Source: a virus
IMG/VR virus record: IMGVR_UViG_3300031715_000001
Coordinates: 42,689-106,688 of that record
Length of the DNA: 64,000 nucleotides
Direction: 5' to 3' (one strand)
The notes under the pieces were generated by a model. It saw only the letters and a program-made list of their open reading frames with translations, was not told where the DNA came from and made no database searches. Both the position numbers and the translations under genes were made by a program. This document shows, piece by piece, positions 1 through 9,254 of the stretch. Within the stretch, counting starts at the first letter, position 1. Each line of letters opens with the position of its first letter.

Positions 1-28
1 GCCCTACGCAGCCAAATACCCGGCGAGT

Positions 29-460
29 ATGCAATTTGGCCCTATCCTTCCCAATGCGGTTTATCACTGGCGGCATCCCAACACCAACCCGCCCGCGAAA
101 ACCGCCGACGTAAAAGTGACCGCGGTGATCTTTTTGGGCGGCAAGGAAGAGGGCGATCCGCTGCGTACCATCCCGCTATTCGTGGCGCGCGCGCAGATGA
201 CCGGCGAATTAACTTATTGGGCCAAGGCCATCGATTCCGTCCACACGCTGGCCCAGCTCGAAACCTTGCTCAGCCATCCGCGAACGCCGGCCGACGCGAC
301 TACGGCGGCCGTGATTCTTAGTACGCTGCGCAGCGTGCCCGCATCCGTGAGCGCTGGGGTGATGACCGAAGGAGCGGGTTTGAACTACGTCCAGGTATAT
401 CTAAAGCGAATGCTGTCCACGTTGGAAGTCGAATCGGTCCGCAAAGGAGGCCAGCAATGA
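29..460 (+). CDS. hypothetical protein (true start may differ or lie upstream of the window)
   Basis: 143-aa ORF whose stop overlaps the next ATG (ATGA); AAGGAGG RBS for the next gene lies in its 3' end. Confidence 0.5.
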   Translation: MQFGPILPNAVYHWRHPNTNPPAKTADVKVTAVIFLGGKEEGDPLRTIPLFVARAQMTGELTYWAKAIDSVHTLAQLETLLSHPRTPADATTAAVILSTLRSVPASVSAGVMTEGAGLNYVQVYLKRMLSTLEVESVRKGGQQ

Positions 461-1098
461 ACCAGTTATTTCTTGCGTTGCTGTTCGCTCCACTCGCGGC
501 CGCGCAGTGTCCCGGTTGGGCCATGAGCATCGGAGGGATCTTGGCCGGAACACAGTACAGCTTTTCGCAAACCGGTCCCACCGGAACTGGTATACCTTTC
601 TCCAACTTTTACATCACGCGGACCTACTGGCCGGCTTGTATCTCGCTCACGGGAGCCGGGAGCACGAGCTCGCCGACTTCGCTTAACGCCAGCGGGACTT
701 ACGGCTTTGCCGGAATCTATCCGCAGTGCAATCCCATTTTCAGCGCCGTAAACAGCGGGTATGCAACCGGAATTCAATACGCACAGTATGGAGCCGTCAA
801 CGAAGGTTGGCTGGGAGTCTGTGTCGCGACGGGCATAGTTTCGGCACAGGTCAATTGCCCGACTAGCTGTCAAGCCTCATTGCCGCCACCAACTAAGCCG
901 ACAACCTGTGGGAGCGTGGGGACGCCTCCAGCGTGGTCCTGCAACCTCTGGTGCTGCGACACGTTTTACGGGCTGTGGTACTGTACCGAAGACGGAGTAT
1001 GCAGCAACAACTATTCCAAAAACAGTCCGTTCCTGGTCCGGCCGCGACGGCAGAGTGATGTCCTGGCCATTCAACTCGGGCCACCGCCAGGGAAGTAA
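457..1098 (+). CDS. secreted Cys-rich protein
   Basis: Signal peptide MNQLFLALLFAPLAAAQ; strong RBS; many Cys residues and a Pro-rich linker. Confidence 0.65.
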   Translation: MNQLFLALLFAPLAAAQCPGWAMSIGGILAGTQYSFSQTGPTGTGIPFSNFYITRTYWPACISLTGAGSTSSPTSLNASGTYGFAGIYPQCNPIFSAVNSGYATGIQYAQYGAVNEGWLGVCVATGIVSAQVNCPTSCQASLPPPTKPTTCGSVGTPPAWSCNLWCCDTFYGLWYCTEDGVCSNNYSKNSPFLVRPRRQSDVLAIQLGPPPGK

Positions 1099-1127
1099 AA
1101 GCAACGCCCAGTCATAAAGAACCCGCT

Positions 1128-1817
1128 ATGCTAAGAAACTTTGCGCTTCTCAATCTTCTCGCGCTGTCACTCGGCGCAACTCCGACCTATCTCGACACCG
1201 GATCAGCCAGCATCACCTGTGTCCCGAACGGCCCTGGAGATCCAACCACCGTCCAATCCAGTGGTCCGCAGGCAGCGGCGCAGTGCCAATTGCCCAATCT
1301 CAGCCCTGGTGGTGCCGGTGTAGACGCCAATGGCCTTAACCTTTTGGGTAGTATCGGAGGTTGGGCCAGCGCAGCTTCTTTTAGTGCTAGCGGACAGTCC
1401 GTAGATACCGTCACTGAGGGCGACAGCAGCGGAGTCGCTCAGTTCAATATCTCATTCCAATGGGGCGTGCTTTTAGATTTTGGAATTCAAGCTGACGTGG
1501 CGGCTGATTTTTACATCAATGGGGTACCGGTTTGGAATGACAACCATTTTGTGACTGGTGATGTCTCAGTAGGCAATTTTGATATCGCCGCTGTCGATGA
1601 ACCGTTCAGTCTAGGACAGCAATTCACCTTGCAGGAAGATGTTAGCATCTCTGGATCGGGGGGCGGTCCAACTGGGATAGAAGAGTACGGAAACTACATC
1701 AGCGTTGTCGGGATATTAGAAATCAGCGATCCAATTCTTATTCCAGAGCCACGCACGGCTTTTATGGTAATAGTCGGAATCTTACTGCTGGGTATTGCGG
1801 GCAGGGACTATCTATGA
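1128..1817 (+). CDS. PEP-CTERM sorting-domain surface protein
   Basis: N-terminal signal peptide; C-terminal IPEP motif followed by a hydrophobic helix (IPEPRTAFMVIVGILLLGIAGR). Confidence 0.8.
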   Translation: MLRNFALLNLLALSLGATPTYLDTGSASITCVPNGPGDPTTVQSSGPQAAAQCQLPNLSPGGAGVDANGLNLLGSIGGWASAASFSASGQSVDTVTEGDSSGVAQFNISFQWGVLLDFGIQADVAADFYINGVPVWNDNHFVTGDVSVGNFDIAAVDEPFSLGQQFTLQEDVSISGSGGGPTGIEEYGNYISVVGILEISDPILIPEPRTAFMVIVGILLLGIAGRDYL

Positions 1818-2033
1818 ATTCAAGAACTTGGAATGACATACTGATAGCCAGAATCGGCTGGCTGTTATTAAGTATCAGCCTGATGATGCTACTGCAACCG
1901 CCCAAATCATTGAAGGTCTTACTATATTCAATGGCCTGCGCGTCTGTGGGATTCGTCTCTTGTAAAGTCGGTGAAGCGGTTGCGCGCAGATGGTCGAGTC
2001 GCAGGGAGTCAAGTATATAATTACCTAACCTTT

Positions 2034-2873
2034 TCAAGTTCCCTGACAAGGTACTGCGCTCGAAGTAAATGTACCTGTTGAGTCTACACAAACATACCGT
2101 AGGCCGCTGCCGCTCTTCAGGGTTGGCATAACAATCTCCCCTGGTTGGCTGCCGCTCGCGCCAGTTTTTAGCGTACCTGGAATGCTCACATTTCCACCTG
2201 AATCCAGAACTACGCAATTCGGACAGGAGATCACGCCGGTTGCAGGGTTGTAGACAAGCGGCGCGAGAACGCCATTAATGACCAATGGACCAATCGCTGG
2301 AACGGGCGCTGGCTGTGCGGTTCCGGATATCTCGACGCGGAGCCCGGTTGGATTGGGATTGGGCGTATAGTTCGTGACCACAAAATCAAGCGTGTTGATT
2401 CCGGCGATAAATCCGGTCGAGATGGGGAAAGGCGTAAGGGAAAGAAAGGAATCGGAACTGGGGCCAACCGCTGTACCGTTGATCTTTATGATGATAGGGG
2501 GATCGTCGGAAGCAACCTTCACCGTAAGGGCCGCCGTGCTGATATTCAATCCGGTGAGGTCGAAAGTGGTTCGGTAGGTATATGCGCCCGCTAGGTTGCC
2601 AGATCCAGCATCCGCTCTAGGCCCAATCCATTTGGAATTTGGCCCGCTAGCCAGCCAAAGATTCGTTGCAATCGGCCAAGCGTTATTGACCACATATGCG
2701 TTCGGGCCTGGGTAGGCAGGGTCCGCGCTGGTGATCAACTTGTAATGCGCGTCCACGCTAGCGTCGGATGCCAGGACGCCAGGGGAGACCGTGCCGGTAT
2801 TAAAAATTGGAATCGCGACTGGGGTTTGGGCAAGAATGGAACAGGTTATGCCGAGGTATATTAGCATTCTCAT
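2034..2873 (-). CDS. secreted beta-sandwich (carbohydrate-binding-like) protein, last gene of the tail cluster
   Basis: ATG at 2873 overlaps the upstream TGA; signal peptide MRMLIYLGITCSILAQ; SKWIGP...YTYRTTFDLTG...NTLDFVVTN jelly-roll-like segment. Confidence 0.6.
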   Translation of the reverse strand: MRMLIYLGITCSILAQTPVAIPIFNTGTVSPGVLASDASVDAHYKLITSADPAYPGPNAYVVNNAWPIATNLWLASGPNSKWIGPRADAGSGNLAGAYTYRTTFDLTGLNISTAALTVKVASDDPPIIIKINGTAVGPSSDSFLSLTPFPISTGFIAGINTLDFVVTNYTPNPNPTGLRVEISGTAQPAPVPAIGPLVINGVLAPLVYNPATGVISCPNCVVLDSGGNVSIPGTLKTGASGSQPGEIVMPTLKSGSGLRYVCVDSTGTFTSSAVPCQGT

Positions 2874-5584
2874 CTGACAGTTACCCCAGAAATCGTCGCG
2901 CCAGAGAATGTAGTGTTGCCAGTCGGCGTAGGCAAAGAGAAGCCTGTCGCGCCGCAATAAACAGCCAGGTTGTCTGGTGCTCCGGAATCACTGTGGCCGC
3001 ACTGCAATGTTCCGTCTGGCGAGATGGAAGTTTGGCTGACGTAGTAATCCGTGCCTGTATAGTCACCAATGACACTCACGCCGCGAGTTTTGAGTAATTC
3101 AACTACGTTTATCGGGGTGGCCGAAGTGCCAGTAGCCATCGGCGAAAAGTCCAGAATCATCATGTCCGACTGATTCTGGTAAGGACCGTTTACGCCACTA
3201 GTTGCCATCGTAACGTCGGGGGTGAATATTCCGGTCCCGGCAGTCCAGGTACCCCCCAACGTCCCTCCACAATTGAAGGTCGAGCCCCACTGAGCCGTAG
3301 CGCCTGAAACCGTCCCGGCGTTGTCGGTCAGCGTTAGGCTCGTGCCGCTATTTACCGTCGCCACTTTACAGAACTTTCCTGAACCCAGAGAACAGGTGGT
3401 GACGCCAGCGATCTGAATGTAGTGGCCGGCCAGCGCACTATCAAAGGCAGGACCGCTCGTTGCGGTTAGCGCCGTACCGCCCGTTACGTTCACGCTGCCG
3501 GTCAGATTGGTAAGTCCAGCGATGGTGCATTTATTATTAACGTCCAACAGTCCAGTCACGCCAGAGAGAGTGATCGGGCTTCCGACGATCTTATTGCCGT
3601 TTGATACTGGCAGGTTTCCATTTATATAGTTAGCATCAACGGTGAGTGAGCCTGGGGTGCCGGTTGTCAGACTTCGAATGGCGTAGCCGTATACTGCGGG
3701 GGCGCTGTTACCATTGTCAACAGTTATGATTGACAATGGAGCCGTCAAAGCTCCACCGACATGAAAGTCCTGAAGTTGGTGGTCTATCGGGAAGAGGAAG
3801 TATGCGCCACCGCCTGCCTGCACGGGCGTGAACATACTGACTGCGCCGCCCGCATCTGGATCAGAAGCGGTAACGACGCTGTATGCAGCCAAGTCTACGC
3901 CTTGAACAAAAAGCTCATGCTTGACGCCGCCTATGGAAACCTCAACCCAGCCCGCGTGCCCAGCGGAATTACAATTGGCATTCGCACAATCGGTCGCTGC
4001 ATTGGAAATTTGTTTGAATAGAAATCCTTTATCGCTTGATGATGGCCTTACCGGCATCGGACCTTCATCTACAATGGTGTGCCCCGGCCCTAGCCAACTC
4101 AAGAGTTCGTCAGCGGCGCTTGTAGCGCTCGTTGCTTCCAGAATGCACCACATCTTACCACTAACACCGGAGAATCCCTGACTGCACTGAAGAATTCCTC
4201 TGATATTCGTTTGGCTGCTACTACTAGGATTAGGATTCCCTGGGCTGATCGTTGTGAGCGAGCCATAATTGTACGTAACATAAGTCCCATTCGTTACGTC
4301 TGCGATTAGGGCTATTGGGCTATTACCTGTAACATGTACGTTGTTGGTGAGTGGGAAATACTTCCCACCAACCACCATTGTGTCGTTTGAAGAGGCGAGA
4401 CTATATAAGGCCGTAAAGGAGGGTCCGGTCGTTCCCACCAACAAACCTATATCCGCGTCGGAGCCGCCCGGAATCAGGACCCGATGAATTGTGGCGGAAT
4501 GCGTAGTATAGAGATAGGCATCCAAGCCTGGATTGAACGCTGTATAACTTGGGTCCCAGAGCATGTCTCCATCAGTTAGGGTTGTGACAGTCAACACATC
4601 ACCAGTACCATTCGTCTTGGTGATGTAAGTCGTACCACCTGGAAGGGTCTCTGTTATTACGTAATTGCCTGTCGTGCTGACGGAAGACTGAGGACCATCC
4701 GTTAGGATCACTCGAATGGCATTCGATGGGGTAACGCGATAACGAACACTCCCTGCTCCTGGGCCAAAGTTCGGGTCGGTGTCGGTGGTGGACGTACCGG
4801 GAGTCGTCGGCAGGAAACGAGTTCCACCAGGCACGGCGTTTGTAATAGTGCAAAGTTCCTCGTGTTGATAAATAGCACTCCCAACAGCACAGTTTACAGC
4901 AGCCCCGTTAGGAGTCTTCCAATTTTGAACGGACGGTGCAAAGGTCTGATAGTTGATTGTTTCCGTACAGCCCGAAGGGCACGAGCCGCTTTGAGTGATG
5001 GTGATAGTGGACTGCGGGCAGTTTGTTCCTACTGTTGAGCATGCCGGGAAACCTGTCAGATTCGATCCGGTCCAGTAAACGTAGACCTGATTTGGGGCAG
5101 TTGTCGTTGACACCGTGGCTGTCCCAGAGCATGAAGCCGCTGTTCCAGGGCTTGCTATAGCCGTGGTTGGACTGGAAGTATAGCCGCCGCCTCCATTGGT
5201 GATGACAAGTGCTGTCCCTCCGGCGATTGTATTTGTGCCGGTCAACGCCACTGTGGCCGCGCCGAGTTCCCCACCTCCGTTGAACAGATTCAGGACACAG
5301 GTCTGGCTGACTGAACCGACTGCCGTGATGCCGCTTGTATAAGTCCCAGCCGTTAGTGTCGAAGTGACCTGGGTGTGCATGATAGCGCACAGAGAACCAC
5401 CGGTCGTGATAGTATTCGCGCATCCCGATACCGTGATCGTGCCCGAACCGCCAGTGAGGGTGATTGCGCGCGGGTAGTCCTGCGCATAGGCCGAGACGCC
5501 TTGGAAGGTCAGCGTAGTAGGGCTGATCTGTCCCAACAATGCGGAAGAAATGGCCAGCGCCAATGCTAAAAAGCCGAATTTCAT
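2870..5584 (-). CDS. large Thr/Gly/Ser-rich tail appendage or adhesin-like protein with signal peptide
   Basis: 904-aa ORF translationally coupled to its neighbours; signal peptide ending LLGQ; beta-rich composition. Confidence 0.6.
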   Translation of the reverse strand: MKFGFLALALAISSALLGQISPTTLTFQGVSAYAQDYPRAITLTGGSGTITVSGCANTITTGGSLCAIMHTQVTSTLTAGTYTSGITAVGSVSQTCVLNLFNGGGELGAATVALTGTNTIAGGTALVITNGGGGYTSSPTTAIASPGTAASCSGTATVSTTTAPNQVYVYWTGSNLTGFPACSTVGTNCPQSTITITQSGSCPSGCTETINYQTFAPSVQNWKTPNGAAVNCAVGSAIYQHEELCTITNAVPGGTRFLPTTPGTSTTDTDPNFGPGAGSVRYRVTPSNAIRVILTDGPQSSVSTTGNYVITETLPGGTTYITKTNGTGDVLTVTTLTDGDMLWDPSYTAFNPGLDAYLYTTHSATIHRVLIPGGSDADIGLLVGTTGPSFTALYSLASSNDTMVVGGKYFPLTNNVHVTGNSPIALIADVTNGTYVTYNYGSLTTISPGNPNPSSSSQTNIRGILQCSQGFSGVSGKMWCILEATSATSAADELLSWLGPGHTIVDEGPMPVRPSSSDKGFLFKQISNAATDCANANCNSAGHAGWVEVSIGGVKHELFVQGVDLAAYSVVTASDPDAGGAVSMFTPVQAGGGAYFLFPIDHQLQDFHVGGALTAPLSIITVDNGNSAPAVYGYAIRSLTTGTPGSLTVDANYINGNLPVSNGNKIVGSPITLSGVTGLLDVNNKCTIAGLTNLTGSVNVTGGTALTATSGPAFDSALAGHYIQIAGVTTCSLGSGKFCKVATVNSGTSLTLTDNAGTVSGATAQWGSTFNCGGTLGGTWTAGTGIFTPDVTMATSGVNGPYQNQSDMMILDFSPMATGTSATPINVVELLKTRGVSVIGDYTGTDYYVSQTSISPDGTLQCGHSDSGAPDNLAVYCGATGFSLPTPTGNTTFSGATISGVTVR

Positions 5585-7128
5585 CGCAGCGTTACTCCAG
5601 GAGTTATATTCATGCCACTTCCTAGAATGGAAGGCAAGATCGTAGTTCCACCGCTGAACTCATAAGCCCCCGCATCCCACACACCGGTTGCCGGTCGAGA
5701 AGTGGTGGAACGAGACACGGCCTTATGATTAACCGAATCGTAGCTGGTGTAAGTTGAATCGCTCGTGCATAAACTGGCAAAGACGCCCGAGCACGAACTA
5801 GTGAAGTCTGTCCCGACCCCAACTGTTGAGTTGGTCGAAGCTACCGGTGAGTAGGCATAGGTTTCTGAAGCCGTATACTGATCGAAGCGAGGGGAACTGT
5901 CAGAGTCAGCCTGTGCCGCCGTCTGTTGCACGTTGCCACCATCGTTGATGCAACTTCCGTTCACGAAATTGCATATTGTTGGCGAGATGCAGTGAAAATT
6001 GCCGTAATGCGCCGTGCCCGTTCCCGCAGACCCGTTTTGCATACACGCTCCCGTGGCTGTTACGACGGTATTGTTGTAATAATAGAATGTGCCGTTCGTT
6101 GAAGGACCACCGATGCTAAAGCCTTTATCGGAGTTCACCTCGTTATCGTAAAGAACATTATTGAAGGCATAGGCAACGTAGGATGGGTTGGCTGAATTGG
6201 CCAACATGAAAATGGTGGTCCCGCCGCTACACACCGAGTGACGGACGACGTTGTTGGAAACTTGGATTACCGTACCGCTAAAGACCCCCTGCGGATAAAT
6301 CATGTTGCAGTGATCGCCCGTGGTCGAGAGGTTGTTATATTCAACTAGATTTCCGTCGATCACGTTGAAGATGCCGTTCATCCCGTCATACACGTAACGC
6401 ACGATGTTGCCATGTACGATGTTGCCGTGCAAGATTCCACCGAAACAGTAGTTGCCTCCTATGTCTGATGAGTCCGATCCGTCGATGACGTTGTACTGAA
6501 AAAGATTGCCGGTTCCTTCGCCGCCGAAGTTGCTCCAGTTCATGGTCATGGCGAATGGATCGTTTGTGCCGGAACCGCAAGAGCCACCCGTACGTGACCA
6601 GCCATGAATGTAAAGATTTTCTACCGTAATACCGTTGCCGTAAGTAGCGACGATGTTTGAACTAGACCCATCGTACTTATAGCCGGTGACCTCGATGTTG
6701 TCGAGAGTCAGGTAATTCCCCGCAAGCCAGACCACGTTACCGAGAGTGCTAGAGTTATTCCCGCAATTAGTCGCTTGGCAACTCCAAATAGGCCGCGTCC
6801 AGGATGCTCCCGTGAACCACGTTTGATCCACGCCGATGTAGATCGTGGACCCGCTGGAACCGGAGTAGGTAAGGTTCACGCCGCCTAAGTCCGTCGAACC
6901 CCACGTATCCCCTCCGTAGAGGATAAAGCGATCCCCAGGATTAGGGGAATATCCAGCAGCGTTAGATGTAGCGCCAGCCATTCCTGGAATATGCGCCCAC
7001 GGAGTTGCTTTCGATTGGGCAGTTGTAGAAGAACGAGTATCGAGACCGTTTGTTTTTGAGATATAAAATGTCGCCCCAGACAATGGAAGGCATAGCAGTG
7101 CTAAGAGAGCAAATCTCCTGTAGGTCAT
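5581..7128 (-). CDS. right-handed beta-helix (pectate-lyase-like, putative depolymerase) protein with signal peptide
   Basis: ATFYIS...PWAHIPG N-terminal motif; Asn-ladder repeats (YNVIDG, GNIVRY, NNVVRH, NNTVVT); C-terminal WDAGAYEF motif. Confidence 0.7.
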   Translation of the reverse strand: MTYRRFALLALLCLPLSGATFYISKTNGLDTRSSTTAQSKATPWAHIPGMAGATSNAAGYSPNPGDRFILYGGDTWGSTDLGGVNLTYSGSSGSTIYIGVDQTWFTGASWTRPIWSCQATNCGNNSSTLGNVVWLAGNYLTLDNIEVTGYKYDGSSSNIVATYGNGITVENLYIHGWSRTGGSCGSGTNDPFAMTMNWSNFGGEGTGNLFQYNVIDGSDSSDIGGNYCFGGILHGNIVHGNIVRYVYDGMNGIFNVIDGNLVEYNNLSTTGDHCNMIYPQGVFSGTVIQVSNNVVRHSVCSGGTTIFMLANSANPSYVAYAFNNVLYDNEVNSDKGFSIGGPSTNGTFYYYNNTVVTATGACMQNGSAGTGTAHYGNFHCISPTICNFVNGSCINDGGNVQQTAAQADSDSSPRFDQYTASETYAYSPVASTNSTVGVGTDFTSSCSGVFASLCTSDSTYTSYDSVNHKAVSRSTTSRPATGVWDAGAYEFSGGTTILPSILGSGMNITPGVTLR

Positions 7129-9252
7129 TTAATTAAAACACGCATTCGCTGCATAGAATGTATCCCCACTTGTTCCATCAGTGACGACAGGCGTTTTAGA
7201 ACCAGCCGTAGTCGTAATCAACGCAACAGACCCGTCCTGCGTGTTGCCATAAATTGTGTGGGCATAACTGAACGAATTGCCGGATGCGGGGGCCGTCGTT
7301 AAAGATCCGTTGACGCCAAACCCAGCCAAACAGAAATCATTCGTTCCTGTCGTAGTTACCGATGGTCCTGTGCAAGTAGTCCCGCTACAAGTCCCCGCAT
7401 TTGTCGCTCCGCCCGAGCCGTCCTGGGACCAACTACTCCCAGAACCCTTGGCAACTTGATAGATCGTAAGCTCCGCGTTTGTTACAGCGCCGCTAAATAC
7501 GATGTGAATTTGTGATGCTGCGGTACTGGGAGCACTCACAAACCAAATAGAAGGCGTCATGTGGCCCGTGGCAGCGGTCGCCCCGGCAGCTTTTGACATG
7601 GTGCCACCCGTAATGCAAGAACCCCCGGAAGACAAACAGACAGAGGATGTCGAAATCGCCGCGCTTCCGCTTTGCTGCGCTATCTCAACCGCCATGAGAT
7701 TGTTCTGAATAGAGGCTTTAGTCAGCGCGAAATTTAGGGATGATCCACTAGTAGCTTGATCCGACTCGCCATCTATGATACCGATGCCACCAGACCCCCA
7801 AAATCCAACAACGTCTCCTGTCCACCCTGTACTCCCCGATGCCGACAGTGTGAATGTGAATGGTGGCCCAATGGTTCCTGCCGATGGGATGCAATGCCCA
7901 AATGGATTATTCTGCCAAAGCGGTTGTGGTCCATCTATAGGCTCACCGCCGAAAGATCCAGCATCGAATTGACAGTTCGATCCCGTCCCGGAGGGAGCCG
8001 TCAACGCAATAGCGGTGTTCGTTCCCTCCGACCCAACGGCCTCTGAAATTCCCACGGATGGCAGAGGACTCCAGGTAGGCCCAGATGAAACCGCATCAAA
8101 GGCTAACGATGTAGCACCGCTGCTCCCGCTTGAGAAAGAAGCGCGACCTGCCGTAACGCTAGTGGGCGCATTGACGTACTCTCTCAACACAAACGTACAA
8201 TCTTGGGACGTAGCAACGGTGAAGGTCAGGTCTCCTGGGGATGTCGCCGCCGCGTTGGCAAGATAATACTCATTGAGTCCGCCGACCGAGCCGTTAAATG
8301 TGGTAGTCCAGGTACGGCCCGCATCCGTAATCGCGGTCGGCCCAGCGCTGATACAAGAATTGGTGTCGGTAAGTAAGCTCCCGCTGGCGTTGGGAAATTG
8401 CACCTTAAAGGATGTGGCCGATGAGCTATTCGGTTCTGAATAACCCAACATGCGGCTGACATATACTCCACTTGGGGCTGTACCGGCAGACGCAGATTTG
8501 AATGCAATGAGAAATTCCGTATAACTGGAAGATGTTCCCAGCGTTATGGTGGGGTTCTGTACCCCTGCCGAAGTAGCGACAGTCCAACCTACAGCACAAT
8601 CGTCCTGTAGGTTACTAGGCCCTTGCGTCCATCCACCCGGAAAGGTGATAGATGCTTGGACTTGGCTACTGGCCGGACAAACCTGAGCCAGAACAAGATC
8701 GTTTGCCGCCGTGGTGGTTATGCTGGCGCAATTGGCGGACGTTGTTGCAGCGTGACTACAACTTGTGTCCACATCCACCGGGCTAGAGGTTGCAATGTTA
8801 TAAAACTCCCAGACTTGGGCGCTGGCGTTGCTGACGGCTGTTGTTCCGAACGTAACGTTTGTCTTGATAGCCCCAGCGGTCACATTTGGCGCATAGGCAA
8901 TACCATTCCACAGGTTAGTCCCGCTTGGGTCTTGTGATCCTGAGAGCACGGTAAAAGAATTGCTCTTATCGTCTGCTGCCGTCGCCGTTACCGAAGTACT
9001 GGCATGGGCATACTGAAACGGAACTACCCTGAGGTTCCCGCTGAGCGCCGGGTATGACGCCTGGAGACAATAGGAAAAGGTAGGACAGGCGGTCTGGCCT
9101 GTAGGGTTACTACCCACGCTTGTGCCGGTCGTGCTATTGCTTGCGCTTGCGCTGACGAAGCCGGGAGTGGCCGGTACAACAGAATTGAAAACTGTCGGAA
9201 CAAATTGACCAAAACAAGCGCCTGCTGCTAACAATACAGATAACACTCGCAT
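7129..9252 (-). CDS. tail-associated protein with duplicated beta-sandwich modules and signal peptide
   Basis: Signal peptide MRVLSVLLAAGACFGQ; internal repeat (SITTTAANDLVLA / SVTTTGTNDFCLA). Confidence 0.55.
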   Translation of the reverse strand: MRVLSVLLAAGACFGQFVPTVFNSVVPATPGFVSASASNSTTGTSVGSNPTGQTACPTFSYCLQASYPALSGNLRVVPFQYAHASTSVTATAADDKSNSFTVLSGSQDPSGTNLWNGIAYAPNVTAGAIKTNVTFGTTAVSNASAQVWEFYNIATSSPVDVDTSCSHAATTSANCASITTTAANDLVLAQVCPASSQVQASITFPGGWTQGPSNLQDDCAVGWTVATSAGVQNPTITLGTSSSYTEFLIAFKSASAGTAPSGVYVSRMLGYSEPNSSSATSFKVQFPNASGSLLTDTNSCISAGPTAITDAGRTWTTTFNGSVGGLNEYYLANAAATSPGDLTFTVATSQDCTFVLREYVNAPTSVTAGRASFSSGSSGATSLAFDAVSSGPTWSPLPSVGISEAVGSEGTNTAIALTAPSGTGSNCQFDAGSFGGEPIDGPQPLWQNNPFGHCIPSAGTIGPPFTFTLSASGSTGWTGDVVGFWGSGGIGIIDGESDQATSGSSLNFALTKASIQNNLMAVEIAQQSGSAAISTSSVCLSSGGSCITGGTMSKAAGATAATGHMTPSIWFVSAPSTAASQIHIVFSGAVTNAELTIYQVAKGSGSSWSQDGSGGATNAGTCSGTTCTGPSVTTTGTNDFCLAGFGVNGSLTTAPASGNSFSYAHTIYGNTQDGSVALITTTAGSKTPVVTDGTSGDTFYAANACFN

Positions 9253-9254
9253 GA

